Source of the DNA: a virus
DNA: 64,000 nucleotides
Virus record (IMG/VR): IMGVR_UViG_3300037264_006630
Span: 64,001 to 128,000 of that record
Direction: 5' to 3' (one strand)
Both the position numbers and the translations under genes were made by a program. Under the pieces are notes generated by a model. That model saw nothing but the letters and a program-made list of their open reading frames with translations. It was not told the DNA's origin and made no database searches. Shown one piece after another: positions 27,241 to 38,360 of the stretch (position 1 is its first letter; each line of letters begins with the position of its first letter).

Positions 27241-28820
27241 TGGGCGCCGCCGCGAAGAAGAAGCCGGCGGCGAGGCCGGAGCGGAAGTCGCACGCCGCCG
27301 CCAAGCACGAGCGCGGCTCGCGCGCCGACGTGATCGCCGCTGGCGCCAAGACCAAGCAGGCGACCGACGCGGTGCTGGTCCGCGCAGCTCGCCGCGACCC
27401 GGCGGTCTTCAACCAGTACGTCCTCCGGGACGAGTCGACCAACCGACCGATCCTGCTCTGCGACATGCACGCGGAGTGGCAAGACCTGCTCACCGCGCAT
27501 CCCCGCGTCGTGATCTGGTCGGGCACAGAGCAAGGAAAATCGGTTCAGTTGTCGGTGGGCCGGGTGCTGTGGGAGATCGGCAAGAACCCTTCGCTGCGCG
27601 TACTCATCGTCTGCGCCGCGCAGAGCGTCGCCAAGAACATCGTCGAGTCGATCCGCCGCTACATCGAGCAGTCGATCGAACTCGCCGCGGTCTTCCCGCA
27701 CTTGAAGAAGGGCAAGATCTGGAAGCAGTCCGAGATCACCGTGGCGCGGCCTGGCCAGTCGCGCGACCCGACGGTCAAGGCCGTGGGCTACGGGAGCAGG
27801 TCGGTGCTCGGCTCGCGCGTCGATCTGGTGGTCTGCGACGACTACCTGAACGATCAGAACACCGCGACCGAGAAGCAGCGCAAGCAGGCTTACTCCTGGC
27901 TCAAGTCGATCGTCGAGGGCCGCAAGACCCCCAACGCTCGGTGGTGGTTCATCGGCAACACCTGGCATGTGCGCGACGCGATGCACATGTACGCCAAGGA
28001 GCCGGGCACGGTCTCAAGGAAGTACCCGATCCTAGACGAGCACGGCAAGCCGCGCTGGGCCGAGCGCTGGCCGATCGAACGCTACTTGCAGGAGCGTGCG
28101 AACCGCGGTCCGGTCGCCGCCGCGCAGTCGCTCGACTGCATCGCTGCCAACGACAACTCGGTCTACTTCCCGATCAAGAGCATCTGGCCGGCGCTCGTCA
28201 AGGGTGACGGGTTCACCCTGCACCCGACCTTCCCGCCGCACCTCTCCCACGAGGGCTGGGCGACGTACACCGGCGTCGACCTCGCGTTCTCCGAGGAGAG
28301 CGACTCCGACGACACTGCGATCGTGACCATCTCCGTCGACCCCAAGGGGGAGTGCCGCATCCTCTGGATCGACGCGGGGAAGTGGACCGGGCCGGAGATC
28401 ATCGACCGCGTCATCGACCACCACAACCGCTACGGGTCGATCGTCTGGGTCGAGGACAACGCCGGTCAGATCTACATCAAGCAGGGGGTCAGCGAGCGGA
28501 AGATCTCGGTGCCGGTTCGCGGCCACACCACCACCGCGACCAACCGCCTCCACCGCCGGACCGGCATCGCCTCTCTCGCGGTCACCATGCAGAACGGACG
28601 CTACCTGATCCCGAACCGCAACGCCGGGAAGGTTGATCCCGTCGCCGCTGGCCTGGGGGCGCTGATCCTGGCTCCCGAGATCAAGAAGCTGATCGCCGAG
28701 ATGATGGAGTGGTCACCGGAGTCGCACACCGGCGACCGCTTGCAGGCGCTCTGGATCGCCACGCTGGCCGCCAACAAGCACGGCTCGACCGCCGTGGTGA
28801 AGAAGCCGAGGGGGACCTGA
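27240..28820 (+). CDS. terL: Terminase large subunit
   Basis: SGTEQGKS (Walker A), LVVCDD (Walker B), IGNTWH..D coupling motif, TGVDLA...SDDTAIV and GDRLQALW nuclease motifs. Confidence 0.92.
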   Translation: MGAAAKKKPAARPERKSHAAAKHERGSRADVIAAGAKTKQATDAVLVRAARRDPAVFNQYVLRDESTNRPILLCDMHAEWQDLLTAHPRVVIWSGTEQGKSVQLSVGRVLWEIGKNPSLRVLIVCAAQSVAKNIVESIRRYIEQSIELAAVFPHLKKGKIWKQSEITVARPGQSRDPTVKAVGYGSRSVLGSRVDLVVCDDYLNDQNTATEKQRKQAYSWLKSIVEGRKTPNARWWFIGNTWHVRDAMHMYAKEPGTVSRKYPILDEHGKPRWAERWPIERYLQERANRGPVAAAQSLDCIAANDNSVYFPIKSIWPALVKGDGFTLHPTFPPHLSHEGWATYTGVDLAFSEESDSDDTAIVTISVDPKGECRILWIDAGKWTGPEIIDRVIDHHNRYGSIVWVEDNAGQIYIKQGVSERKISVPVRGHTTTATNRLHRRTGIASLAVTMQNGRYLIPNRNAGKVDPVAAGLGALILAPEIKKLIAEMMEWSPESHTGDRLQALWIATLAANKHGSTAVVKKPRGT

Positions 28821-29124
28821 TGAACGACATCGAACGAGCTCGTGATCGCCGGGACGACAAGGCGGGCCCCTGGGAGGTCTGCCGGATCATGTGCCTGGTG
28901 TGCCAGTTCCGGTACGTGAGCGTCCACCCGCTGTACAAGAACGACGAGGGCGATCTGGTCGACCTCACGACACTCCAGTGCGCGCGCTGCAAGGAGCGCA
29001 TGAGCGCGGTCCTGCCGATGCCCGACGAGCCACCGCCCGGCGACTCCGACGCCCCGCCCGACGAGCCAGCGACAGACGTTGCCGCTGGCGCCAGCGTCGG
29101 CGACTCTCCCACCCGGAGCACGCC

Positions 29125-29143
<19 letters not shown>
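28820..29143 (+). CDS. Small Zn-ribbon protein
   Basis: CLVC...CARC; ATG overlaps the terL stop. Confidence 0.6.
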
Positions 29144-31178
<2,035 letters not shown>

Positions 31179-31182
<4 letters not shown>

Positions 31183-31346
31183 GCCACATCGAGCGGGTTA
31201 TCCGCATGCCGGCGCCGTCGCCCAAGGCGGCGGTGATCGAGGTGGTGATGATCGAGAGGCGGCCCGGTCGCTTCAGGGCCTGGGTCGCGAAGCTGCTCGT
31301 GCGGCTGGCCGGGCGCATCGCGGGGATGCGCGTCCGGATCATCTGA
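31179..31346 (+). CDS. Small hypothetical protein
   Basis: GTGA overlap with the portal stop; 55 aa. Confidence 0.5.
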
Positions 31347-31352
31347 GCGCGG

Positions 31353-31595
31353 CTACTTCGGGACGAGCATCGACAGGCGCTTGGCCAGGCTAAACCCGCC
31401 GTCGCGCTGGTCGAGGAGCGAGCGGGCCGCGCGGCAGGCGTCCTGGTACTGACCGGGGTAACGCTCCGGATCGCGGCCCGCCGCACGCATGAGCCGCTGG
31501 ATCTCGGCCGCGAGCTCGTCGTCACTGGCGCCGTGTGGGAAGTCGCCGTCGTCGAGGTCGACGAGGATGCACCACATCTTCAAGTCGAGGCGCAT
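31353..31595 (-). CDS. Hypothetical protein
   Basis: 80-aa ORF. Confidence 0.6.
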   Translation of the reverse strand: MRLDLKMWCILVDLDDGDFPHGASDDELAAEIQRLMRAAGRDPERYPGQYQDACRAARSLLDQRDGGFSLAKRLSMLVPK

Positions 31596-31596
31596 T

Positions 31597-32127
31597 CTAC
31601 TTGCCGTCTGCCGCCGCGAAGTCGATGCCGATCACGGTCCAGCGCTCGCCGTCGATCTCGACGGTGTGCAGGCGGTCATCGATGAACCGGGACGCCCCGC
31701 GCAGGATGCGGATCACGGTGGCCAAGCGCTTGCGCGCGAGGAGGGCGAACACCTTGGCGATCGCGGTGTCCGCGTCCCGCCATCGCGCTCGCCGCACCTC
31801 GATGTCGGCCGTGGCGCCGGCGTCGATGGCCTGCCGGTAGGCGGTGATGTGGGCCAGGTAGCAGGAGCGGATGAGGTCGATCGCCTGGGCGGCTGGCACC
31901 ATCTCGTAGTAGGCGTCACCGCCGATCCAGACGTGACCCTCGGGGATGGGACCGCCGGGTGCGTCGTCGGCGGGCCCGCGGATGATGACCAAGTCCCGTC
32001 CGGGCGGACAGACGTTCATGTCGAAGAGGATGCGCGAGAGCCAGGTGGAGAGGGAGCGCAGGTCGTCCACCGACGGGGAGGTGAAGGGCGGCCCCGGGAA
32101 CGCGATCACGCCGTCGTCAGGTTTCAT
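31597..32127 (-). CDS. Hypothetical protein, probably leaderless
   Basis: Operator-embedded ATG; MKPDDG... Confidence 0.7.
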   Translation of the reverse strand: MKPDDGVIAFPGPPFTSPSVDDLRSLSTWLSRILFDMNVCPPGRDLVIIRGPADDAPGGPIPEGHVWIGGDAYYEMVPAAQAIDLIRSCYLAHITAYRQAIDAGATADIEVRRARWRDADTAIAKVFALLARKRLATVIRILRGASRFIDDRLHTVEIDGERWTVIGIDFAAADGK

Positions 32128-32163
32128 ACACACCATGATGCGCACGAAGTTGGGCGTGGTCAA
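32123..32163 (-). promoter_or_regulatory. Sigma70-type promoter with 26-bp operator (32123-32148)
   Basis: TTGACC-N17-CATCAT; TTCGTGCGC-ATCATGGT-GTGTATGAA; the -35 overlaps the upstream TGA. Confidence 0.78.
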
Positions 32164-32848
32164 GCGGGTTGGGCGAGCGAGCGCAGGGCTTCGAGGAAGG
32201 GGACGAGGTGCTCGTTGTGCATGAGGGGGAGGGAACTGTCTATCGAATCGGCGCCGACGGCGCCGGCCCAGCGAACCCGATCGGGCGGACCGACGCGGCC
32301 GATGTGGCACGGCAGCCCGCGTGCGTGCGCGAACCGGACCCAGGCGGCGCCGGTCTCGAGCTTCCACGCGGTGTCGCCCCGACGAAGACCCCGCCGTAGC
32401 ACTGCTCGTCGATCGCCGCACCCACCTCGTCCTCGGTCATGCCGTTCTGGACGGCGACGTAGGCCGGGACGCGCGGATCGATGTCATCGCGCCAGTAGGC
32501 CGAGAAGGCGAGCGATGCGGCTCCGGCGGCGACCATGTCCGGGACCACGATGAAGGCTGGCGGCGGCACCGGCGCGGTCTCGGGGTAGTCGAGGTGGATG
32601 GCGATCCGGCGCATGTCGAACCGCGAGGGCATGATCGCCGCGGACGCCTCGCCGAGCGGCTGGCCGGCGGCACACCAGTCGGCGTAGGTCCGGCAGTCGT
32701 GGAACCAGCCGTGCTCGGTGCGGCGCGGGTTCATCTCGCCGCGCTGGGTGCATTCCCCGATGCTGGCGTCGGCGAGCTGGCGGACCATCTCGGGCACGCG
32801 GCGCCGAGGGTTCCAGCGGGTCTGGCCGACGTAGGCTTGGAGGGTCAC
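32160..32848 (-). pseudogene. TGT/DpdA-like TIM-barrel protein, frameshifted at a G4 run (32377-32380)
   Basis: WFHD..Y..W, FIVVPDMVA, YVAVQNGM, GGVFVG in frame 1; GDTAWKL, CHIGRVG, GADSIDSS in frame 2; one extra G restores VGGDTAWKL. Confidence 0.55.
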
Positions 32849-33030
32849 GAAACGTGCTCGTCCGCGGTCGCGAGGATGAGGTTCGGGACTCCATCGGCGA
32901 ACACGTACTCGCGGATCTCGCGGGTCTTGGTGCGACGGATGAGCCGGCCCTTGATGCCGTGCTCTCGGGCGAAGGCCAGCGCCTGGGCAGCGGTGCCATG
33001 GGTGAAGTCGGGCAGGTTCGCGGTGGTCAT
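32845..33030 (-). CDS. Hypothetical protein
   Basis: 61-aa ORF, stop overlaps the next GTG. Confidence 0.6.
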   Translation of the reverse strand: MTTANLPDFTHGTAAQALAFAREHGIKGRLIRRTKTREIREYVFADGVPNLILATADEHVS

Positions 33031-33061
33031 GCTCTGGAAGAGATGCACGTCGAGGGCCACT

Positions 33062-33991
33062 TCACGCGCTCGGTGAGGTGTGCGAAGCAGCGGCGGGGCC
33101 GGGCTCGAGGTAGCCGCAGCCGGCCGCCTTGGTCGCGCGTACCGCCCGGCCGCAGACCTTGCAGGGCTTGCGGTCGCGCTGCGGGGTGTAGGGCGTGGCG
33201 ACCCAGCGATCGAGCGGCGTGCCGGTCTGGGTCTTCGAGTTGTAGGCCATGATCGAGAGCTTGCGGCCGTTCTTCGCGGTGGGCGGCTTGTCGGCCTCGA
33301 GCTTGACGACCCGGGCAAACTGCTCGGGCAGGTCGACGGCGAAGCGCTGCCAGTCGCCCTTGGTGCCGTAGGGGCAGAACACGCAGGCGGACTTGCGCGG
33401 AACCGGGAAGCCGGCGCGCCGCACGAGATCCTCGCACGCGCAACGGCAGAGGCCGCGCTCGATCAGCGGGAAGCGGTTGCGGCGGATCGCGCCGCCCGGC
33501 CGGCGGCGGCGACGGCCGCCCGCGTTCGGATCCTTGTCTGCGCGGGATTCCTCGCCGCGCTCGAACCCGATCCAGACCTCGACCTCTTGGCCGGGGTACC
33601 GATCGTCGAGCCAGCTCTCGAAGCGCTCGACCTTGGCGACGGTGGTGCAGATCCGGTTCGGCCCGGCCATCGGGATCTGCTTCCGCGCGCGCAGCCACGC
33701 GAACAGGCTGCGCGCGTCGCGGACCGGGTAGTTGCTGTGGTCGATGCACACGAACTCGATCCCGTGGCGCGCGCACAGCGGCCGCACCACCTCGTCGATG
33801 TGGCGGTAGGTGCCGGGCCACTCGCCTGGATCGTCGGGGTGGCCGACGTCGATGAACACCACGACGTCGATCCGCTCGCCGCGCGCGATGCCCTCGACGA
33901 GCATGGCGAAGCTGTCGAGGCCACCGCCGAGCGAGAGCACGACGGGGCGGCGCCGGAGCCCCAGGTCGACGGTGAAGTCGAGCTGGTTCAC
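33062..33991 (-). CDS. PP-loop (PAPS-reductase-like) adenine nucleotide alpha hydrolase
   Basis: VVLSLGGGLDS, FIDVG..GEWPGTY, RICT..AK, WIGFERGE..R, FPLIE, KSACVFCPY. Confidence 0.8.
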   Translation of the reverse strand: MNQLDFTVDLGLRRRPVVLSLGGGLDSFAMLVEGIARGERIDVVVFIDVGHPDDPGEWPGTYRHIDEVVRPLCARHGIEFVCIDHSNYPVRDARSLFAWLRARKQIPMAGPNRICTTVAKVERFESWLDDRYPGQEVEVWIGFERGEESRADKDPNAGGRRRRRPGGAIRRNRFPLIERGLCRCACEDLVRRAGFPVPRKSACVFCPYGTKGDWQRFAVDLPEQFARVVKLEADKPPTAKNGRKLSIMAYNSKTQTGTPLDRWVATPYTPQRDRKPCKVCGRAVRATKAAGCGYLEPGPAAASHTSPSA

Positions 33992-34218
33992 GATGTCTCG
34001 TACAACTTGAGCGCGAGCTCGAGCGCTACGCCGCCGCGGGTGCGGTAGGCCGCGAGCACCGCGGACTTGACGGTCGGCCCGGTGCAGTCCTCGCCCCCGC
34101 CGGGGAGCGGGACTACCGGCGCGAGGTCGTGGATCGGACATGGCCCGTGCGGCGGGTGCGAGTGGCACGGGGTCTTGCCGGACCGCGCCATCGAGCAACA
34201 CATGCAGGTGACGATCAC
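33988..34218 (-). CDS. Small Cys/His-rich protein
   Basis: CMCC...CHSH...CPIH; overlaps both neighbours. Confidence 0.55.
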   Translation of the reverse strand: MIVTCMCCSMARSGKTPCHSHPPHGPCPIHDLAPVVPLPGGGEDCTGPTVKSAVLAAYRTRGGVALELALKLYETS

Positions 34219-34634
34219 GACACCGCTCCGAGCTCGCCGCTGGTGTCGTCGACCGCGCCGCGCTTGACCAGCGCGCGGGCGATCTCGATCGGGCCGACCC
34301 AGCGCAGGCAGTAGCGCATCCGCTCGGAGGCGCTCTCGAACCGCACGTCCGTGGTGTTGCCCGGAGCCCACCGGACGATGCCCCAATCGAGATCATCGGT
34401 GCCGTCGTCGATCGCGTTGGGGTTCATGTGGCCGATGGTGACCGGGACTCCGTCATCCGGGTCGATGGCGTGGAGGATGCCGAAGTCCTGAATCTCGGCG
34501 ATCGCCAGACCGGCGATCTTGTGGCGGTCGAGCAGGCGACCCAGGGCGGGGACGCCCGTGTAGAGCTCGCGCTTCATGGCGTCGAGAGTGGGGATCACGG
34601 GGAGGCCAGCGGTGGTGAGGGTGGCGGTGTTCAT
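34215..34634 (-). CDS. Hypothetical protein
   Basis: 139-aa ORF, ATGA overlap. Confidence 0.7.
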   Translation of the reverse strand: MNTATLTTAGLPVIPTLDAMKRELYTGVPALGRLLDRHKIAGLAIAEIQDFGILHAIDPDDGVPVTIGHMNPNAIDDGTDDLDWGIVRWAPGNTTDVRFESASERMRYCLRWVGPIEIARALVKRGAVDDTSGELGAVS

Positions 34635-34900
34635 GAGCGGCGGCCCTTCCCGGTCTTCCGGGTCTTGGCGGTGAGGATGGTGTACGCCTCGAGCGGCGTC
34701 AGGCGCGTCCCGTCGGCGGCGATGCAGCGCTCGGCGAGCCAGCGCACGGCGCCGCGCTTGGACTTGAGGGTCTTGCTCTCGACGCCGGTGAGGGCGAGCC
34801 AGCCGGCGTTGGTCTGGGTCATGCCGGTCGACCGGCTCTCGTTGTTGCCGAGGTCTTCGGTGGTGAGGCCGGGCCTGGTCGTGGTCGCCGTCGTGTCCAT
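34631..34900 (-). CDS. Hypothetical protein, first gene of cassette F
   Basis: ATG 14 nt after the -12 C. Confidence 0.72.
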   Translation of the reverse strand: MDTTATTTRPGLTTEDLGNNESRSTGMTQTNAGWLALTGVESKTLKSKRGAVRWLAERCIAADGTRLTPLEAYTILTAKTRKTGKGRRS

Positions 34901-34996
34901 GCCGAGGAGTATTGCACGGCCGGTGCCACTTCACGCGCATCAGCAGACGCACGAACGACGGCCGGCTTCCGTCCGGAGTGTCGTCGGCGACGACAC
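34898..34996 (-). promoter_or_regulatory. Sigma54-type cassette F
   Basis: TGGCACC-GGCC-GTGCA (34928-34913), operator 34930-34955, perfect palindrome 34978-34996 with TCCGGA. Confidence 0.8.
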
Positions 34997-35070
34997 TCGC
35001 TCCGGATTCGGTCGCGGAACCGACGATCCGGAGGCGGATCCACCTGCGACCACGCTGCGTTGGCCGCCGC

Positions 35071-35089
35071 CTGTCGCCGTGGCCGACAC
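35071..35089. repeat. Distal 19-bp palindrome of cassette F
   Basis: CTGTCGCCG-T-GGCCGACAC, 93 bp from the proximal copy. Confidence 0.65.
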
Positions 35090-35121
35090 CCCTGTGTCCG
35101 CAACGCCACACTCCCGGCGGG

Positions 35122-35403
35122 TCAGCCGACGATGACCGGATAGGTGGCGTTGTGCGCGAGACCGTTGTGCCAGGCGGCCTTGGCCCTGGCTGCTTCGAGG
35201 TCCCAGGCCCACGTCTCGACGTTGAACGCGAGCAGGATCGCGGGCGTGTCGGTCGAGACGAAGTAGACCAGGGTGTCCCGGTTGGTGAAGTTGAGGACGT
35301 AGCCGCGCGCGAGCGCCGCGTCCTGGACGGCGGCGCGGCGGGCCTTCTTCGAGCCACGCCGCGGCACGGTGGCGACGGCGGCTCTGATCTCGTCGGCGGT
35401 CAC
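35122..35403 (-). CDS. Hypothetical protein
   Basis: 93-aa ORF. Confidence 0.7.
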   Translation of the reverse strand: MTADEIRAAVATVPRRGSKKARRAAVQDAALARGYVLNFTNRDTLVYFVSTDTPAILLAFNVETWAWDLEAARAKAAWHNGLAHNATYPVIVG

Positions 35404-35723
35404 TTGTCACCCAGGGCGTCGAGCCGGGCAGCCTCGGCCTCGTGGAGTGCGGTGGTGGCGGCGCGGTACGCTGCCAGGGCACGGTCCAGGCGGACGCGCT
35501 CGGGCGGGTGGAAGGCGGAGCGGTCGAAGGTCAGCCGGCTCCGCTGGACCATGGCGATGTCGCCGCCGCGCGACACGCACAGGTAGTGATTGCGCACGTA
35601 TACGCGCGCGCCGATCGACGGCTTGGACCAGCGCCTCGCCGGGAAGCCCTCGGCTGCGAGGGCGGCGACGAGGCGGTCGGCGTGCCCCTCGGCTTCGGCG
35701 AGGTCGGTCTGGACGGGGCTCAC
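35400..35723 (-). CDS. Hypothetical protein
   Basis: GTGA overlaps. Confidence 0.65.
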   Translation of the reverse strand: MSPVQTDLAEAEGHADRLVAALAAEGFPARRWSKPSIGARVYVRNHYLCVSRGGDIAMVQRSRLTFDRSAFHPPERVRLDRALAAYRAATTALHEAEAARLDALGDK

Positions 35724-36001
35724 GACATCCCCATCAGGTTCGCGGCCTCGGCGTCGGTGAGGATGATGTCGGTGCCGCAGTCCAGGTAGGCGTGCTTGCC
35801 GGTGCTCGGTTGCCAGCAATAGAGCAGGCGGGCCCCGGTGCGCGTGGTGAACGGGACCTCGGTGCCGCCGCACGCCGGAATCCAGGGGCCCTGCGCCTTG
35901 CGCGCATCGGCCGCGTCGAGCAACTCGACGAGCGTACGCTGGCGCGGTCCGAAAAAGGGGTACGGCTCAATCGGGCGGTCGGGGGTGGCGTCGGTCATCA
36001 T
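35720..36001 (-). CDS. Conserved phage hypothetical protein
   Basis: PACGGTEVPF.TRTG.RLLYCWQPSTGKHAYLDCGTDIIL is a motif I recognise from other phages. Confidence 0.75.
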   Translation of the reverse strand: MMTDATPDRPIEPYPFFGPRQRTLVELLDAADARKAQGPWIPACGGTEVPFTTRTGARLLYCWQPSTGKHAYLDCGTDIILTDAEAANLMGMS

Positions 36002-36056
36002 GGTCGAGATGCTTTGCACGCGGTGTGCCGTTCGTGCGCCTAATGATGTGTACGAT
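35999..36056 (-). promoter_or_regulatory. Sigma54-type cassette G
   Basis: CGGCACA-CCGC-GTGCA (36030-36015), operator 36031-36056, ATG 36001; no palindrome seen. Confidence 0.72.
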
Positions 36057-36484
36057 CAGGCGGCCAGAAGCTCCGCGCTCTCATCGTCCCAGGTGCGCTC
36101 GAGGTCCCACGCCGCCGAGCCGCGGACCCAGGTGTTGCCGCGGTGGTCGGCGCGCGCGGCCAGCGCGGTCACCAGCAGCTCGTGTCGGTCGGCATCCCGC
36201 AGCCGCGCCCGCTCGACCCGACGGCGGATCGTGCGGCGGTTGTCGGCCCGGAAGACCTCGACGGAGCGGATGTACTCCGACATGAAGTCACTCTCGCCGC
36301 GGAGCAGCCGCTCCATCTCGCGCACTGCGGCGCCCGCGGTCGGGAAGCGGCCGGTGGTGATGATCCGGAAGCCGGCGGGAACGACCGCGTAGGAGGTGTC
36401 CCGTAGCCAGGGCCGATCGACCACCGTCACCGCGACGCAGTGGTAGTTGCCGGTCCCGAACCCGGTGGTGATCGAGCCGCTCAC
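36056..36484 (-). CDS. Hypothetical protein
   Basis: GTGA overlap; 142 aa. Confidence 0.65.
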   Translation of the reverse strand: MSGSITTGFGTGNYHCVAVTVVDRPWLRDTSYAVVPAGFRIITTGRFPTAGAAVREMERLLRGESDFMSEYIRSVEVFRADNRRTIRRRVERARLRDADRHELLVTALAARADHRGNTWVRGSAAWDLERTWDDESAELLAA

Positions 36485-36858
36485 TTGGCCCGTTCCGCGC
36501 GGAAGCGGCAGTCCCGGGCCCGGTCCGCCCACGAGGTGAGACCGGTCTCCGTCGCCGCCCGATCGAGCCGCGCGGCCAGCGCCACCAGCTCGTCGCGGCT
36601 GGCGCTGTAGTCGCGCCGCGACGCCTGCTCGTACCACTCGTTGACGCCGAGCTCACCCAGGGTCGCCGCGTAGGCCAAGCCCTCGCTGCGGGTGATGACC
36701 TCGCCCCGCTCGTCCCGCAGGAGGTCGCCGAACTCGTCGGTCGTCTCGCTTGGCGCCAGCGCCGCCTCCATCATCGCGGCCCCGTGCCAGTCGGCCGAGG
36801 TGCGGCGCTCGATGTGGAGGGAGCGGAGCTGGGCCAGCGTCAGGAGCGTCGTGGTCAT
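36481..36858 (-). CDS. Hypothetical protein, first gene of cassette H
   Basis: ATG 14 nt after the -12 C. Confidence 0.72.
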   Translation of the reverse strand: MTTTLLTLAQLRSLHIERRTSADWHGAAMMEAALAPSETTDEFGDLLRDERGEVITRSEGLAYAATLGELGVNEWYEQASRRDYSASRDELVALAARLDRAATETGLTSWADRARDCRFRAERAK

Positions 36859-36912
36859 GCCTCGATCATAAGCACGCGGCGTGCCGTTCGTGCGCTTGTT
36901 CATGTGCGCGAA
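36856..36912 (-). promoter_or_regulatory. Sigma54-type cassette H (left arm of divergent hub 2)
   Basis: CGGCACG-CCGC-GTGCT (36886-36871), operator 36887-36912. Confidence 0.78.
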
Positions 36913-37027
36913 ATCTGGTCGCAGGTCCGCTGTTCGGGCTCGATCTCCCCTTGATTCATGCCGCCCCACCCCATCTCGAGGCGTGTAGATCCGAGCGGTT
37001 GCATCCCAGGTGTGACGGCGTGGCGCG

Positions 37028-37046
37028 CTGACTGCGGCGGCGACAG
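37028..37046. repeat. Distal/shared 19-bp palindrome of hub 2
   Basis: CTGACTGCG-G-CGGCGACAG, 92 bp from 37120-37138. Confidence 0.55.
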
Positions 37047-37119
37047 GCGCGCGCCAACCCGGCGTGACTGCCAGTCTTTACGCCGCCGGACGCGGCCCCT
37101 ACGGTCGAAATCGTGGCGA

Positions 37120-37222
37120 GTGTCGTCGGTGGTGACAGGGGCAGCGCCGGCGTGGGTGTGGTGTTTCGTGCGCTTGGACGTGCGCACGAAGTGGCACGTA
37201 GCATGCTCTACATCCAGACATG
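37120..37222 (+). promoter_or_regulatory. Sigma54-type cassette I (right arm of hub 2)
   Basis: Palindrome 37120-37138, operator TTCGTGCGC-TTGGACGT-GCGCACGAA 37165-37190, TGGCACG-TAGC-ATGCT (37192-37207), ATG 37220. Confidence 0.82.
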
Positions 37223-37762
37223 ACCCCGACGACGAGCCCCGACGGCCAGTACCTCTCCACCGCGGACCGTTGCCGCCTTGCCCTCAAGACCGCTGGCTTC
37301 AAGTCCAAGCAGGTCACGGTCCGGTCGGACGGCGGCTCCATCTACGTCACCATCCGGACCGCGGACGTGTCGATCACCGCAGTCACCGCGATCGTCAACG
37401 AGTTCGTGGTGGTCTACCGCGACCACGGCCCCTCGCAGGAGATCCTCACCGGCGGCACCAGCGTCTACACCAAGTACGCCCCGGAGGCGCTGGCCCCGCT
37501 CAAGGCCGAGATCACCGCCATCCTCATGGCGACCCCGGCCCGCATCGCCGTCGCCATCGGCCCGCACCATGCGTACTGGTCGCCGGACTACGGCACGACC
37601 GCAACCCCCGATCGCAACTCGACCATCCACACCACGACCGCGATGGTCGTCGGCTCGCAGATGACGCTGCGCGCCAGCGGCCTGGACTTCGGCGCCGAGC
37701 AGCTCGCCACCGACCTGCTCGCCCGCGGGATCAAGACCCTGGCGCCGGAGGTGACGGCGTGA
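37220..37762 (+). CDS. Hypothetical protein
   Basis: 180 aa, ATG 14 nt after the -12 C. Confidence 0.75.
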   Translation: MTPTTSPDGQYLSTADRCRLALKTAGFKSKQVTVRSDGGSIYVTIRTADVSITAVTAIVNEFVVVYRDHGPSQEILTGGTSVYTKYAPEALAPLKAEITAILMATPARIAVAIGPHHAYWSPDYGTTATPDRNSTIHTTTAMVVGSQMTLRASGLDFGAEQLATDLLARGIKTLAPEVTA

Positions 37763-37986
37763 TCGCCCAACTCGGCCTCTGCCCCGCGTCCACCGCTCGC
37801 CTCGAGCCGATCGAGGAAGCCTTCCCGCTCTGGTCCACCACCTGGCACAAGGGCGACCTCTGCACCGTCGTCGGTCACGACTCCGAGTCGTACCCGGAGC
37901 CGATGGTCAGGGTCGTCTTCGACGACGGCCGACCGGGGCCCGGCATCTTCAAGCGCACCGAGCTCGGCTACCGGGCGGGGTCGTGA
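37759..37986 (+). CDS. Small SH3-like hypothetical protein
   Basis: KGDLCTVVG...MVRVVFDDG. Confidence 0.6.
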   Translation: MIAQLGLCPASTARLEPIEEAFPLWSTTWHKGDLCTVVGHDSESYPEPMVRVVFDDGRPGPGIFKRTELGYRAGS

Positions 37987-38330
37987 AGATCACCCTGACC
38001 CTGTGGTCGTGCTGGTGCGGCGACGGCAACCACGACCGCAACGGGTCGACCTGCTCTCGCACCCCTGACGGCTCCACCGTCGCCGTGACGGTGCCCTACG
38101 ATGACGCCCCGCACGCCGAGGCCGATACCGCCTGCCCCGTCTGCAAGGCCCCGGCGCCCATCCTGGTGGCCGGTACGGGCAAGCGGATCGTCAACGATCG
38201 AGAGGTCCACGCCGACGGGTACCACCTCGCCTGCAAGGCTCATCTGGGGCTGCTCGTCGCCAAGCCTGACACCCTGTTCGGACTCGAGGAGGATCGCCGC
38301 GTCCTCCACGGTCGCCCCCGCGTCTACTGA
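37983..38330 (+). CDS. Hypothetical Cys-rich protein
   Basis: CPVC...HLAC; GTGA overlap. Confidence 0.7.
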   Translation: MKITLTLWSCWCGDGNHDRNGSTCSRTPDGSTVAVTVPYDDAPHAEADTACPVCKAPAPILVAGTGKRIVNDREVHADGYHLACKAHLGLLVAKPDTLFGLEEDRRVLHGRPRVY

Positions 38331-38360
38331 CCTGGCTCGTTCCTCGCAACAAGATCCCGC

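Noticed and set aside
33062-33991. QueC (7-cyano-7-deazaguanine synthase)
   Set aside because: It shares only the PP-loop; the rest follows the PAPS-reductase-like pattern, and no folE, queD or queE is present.
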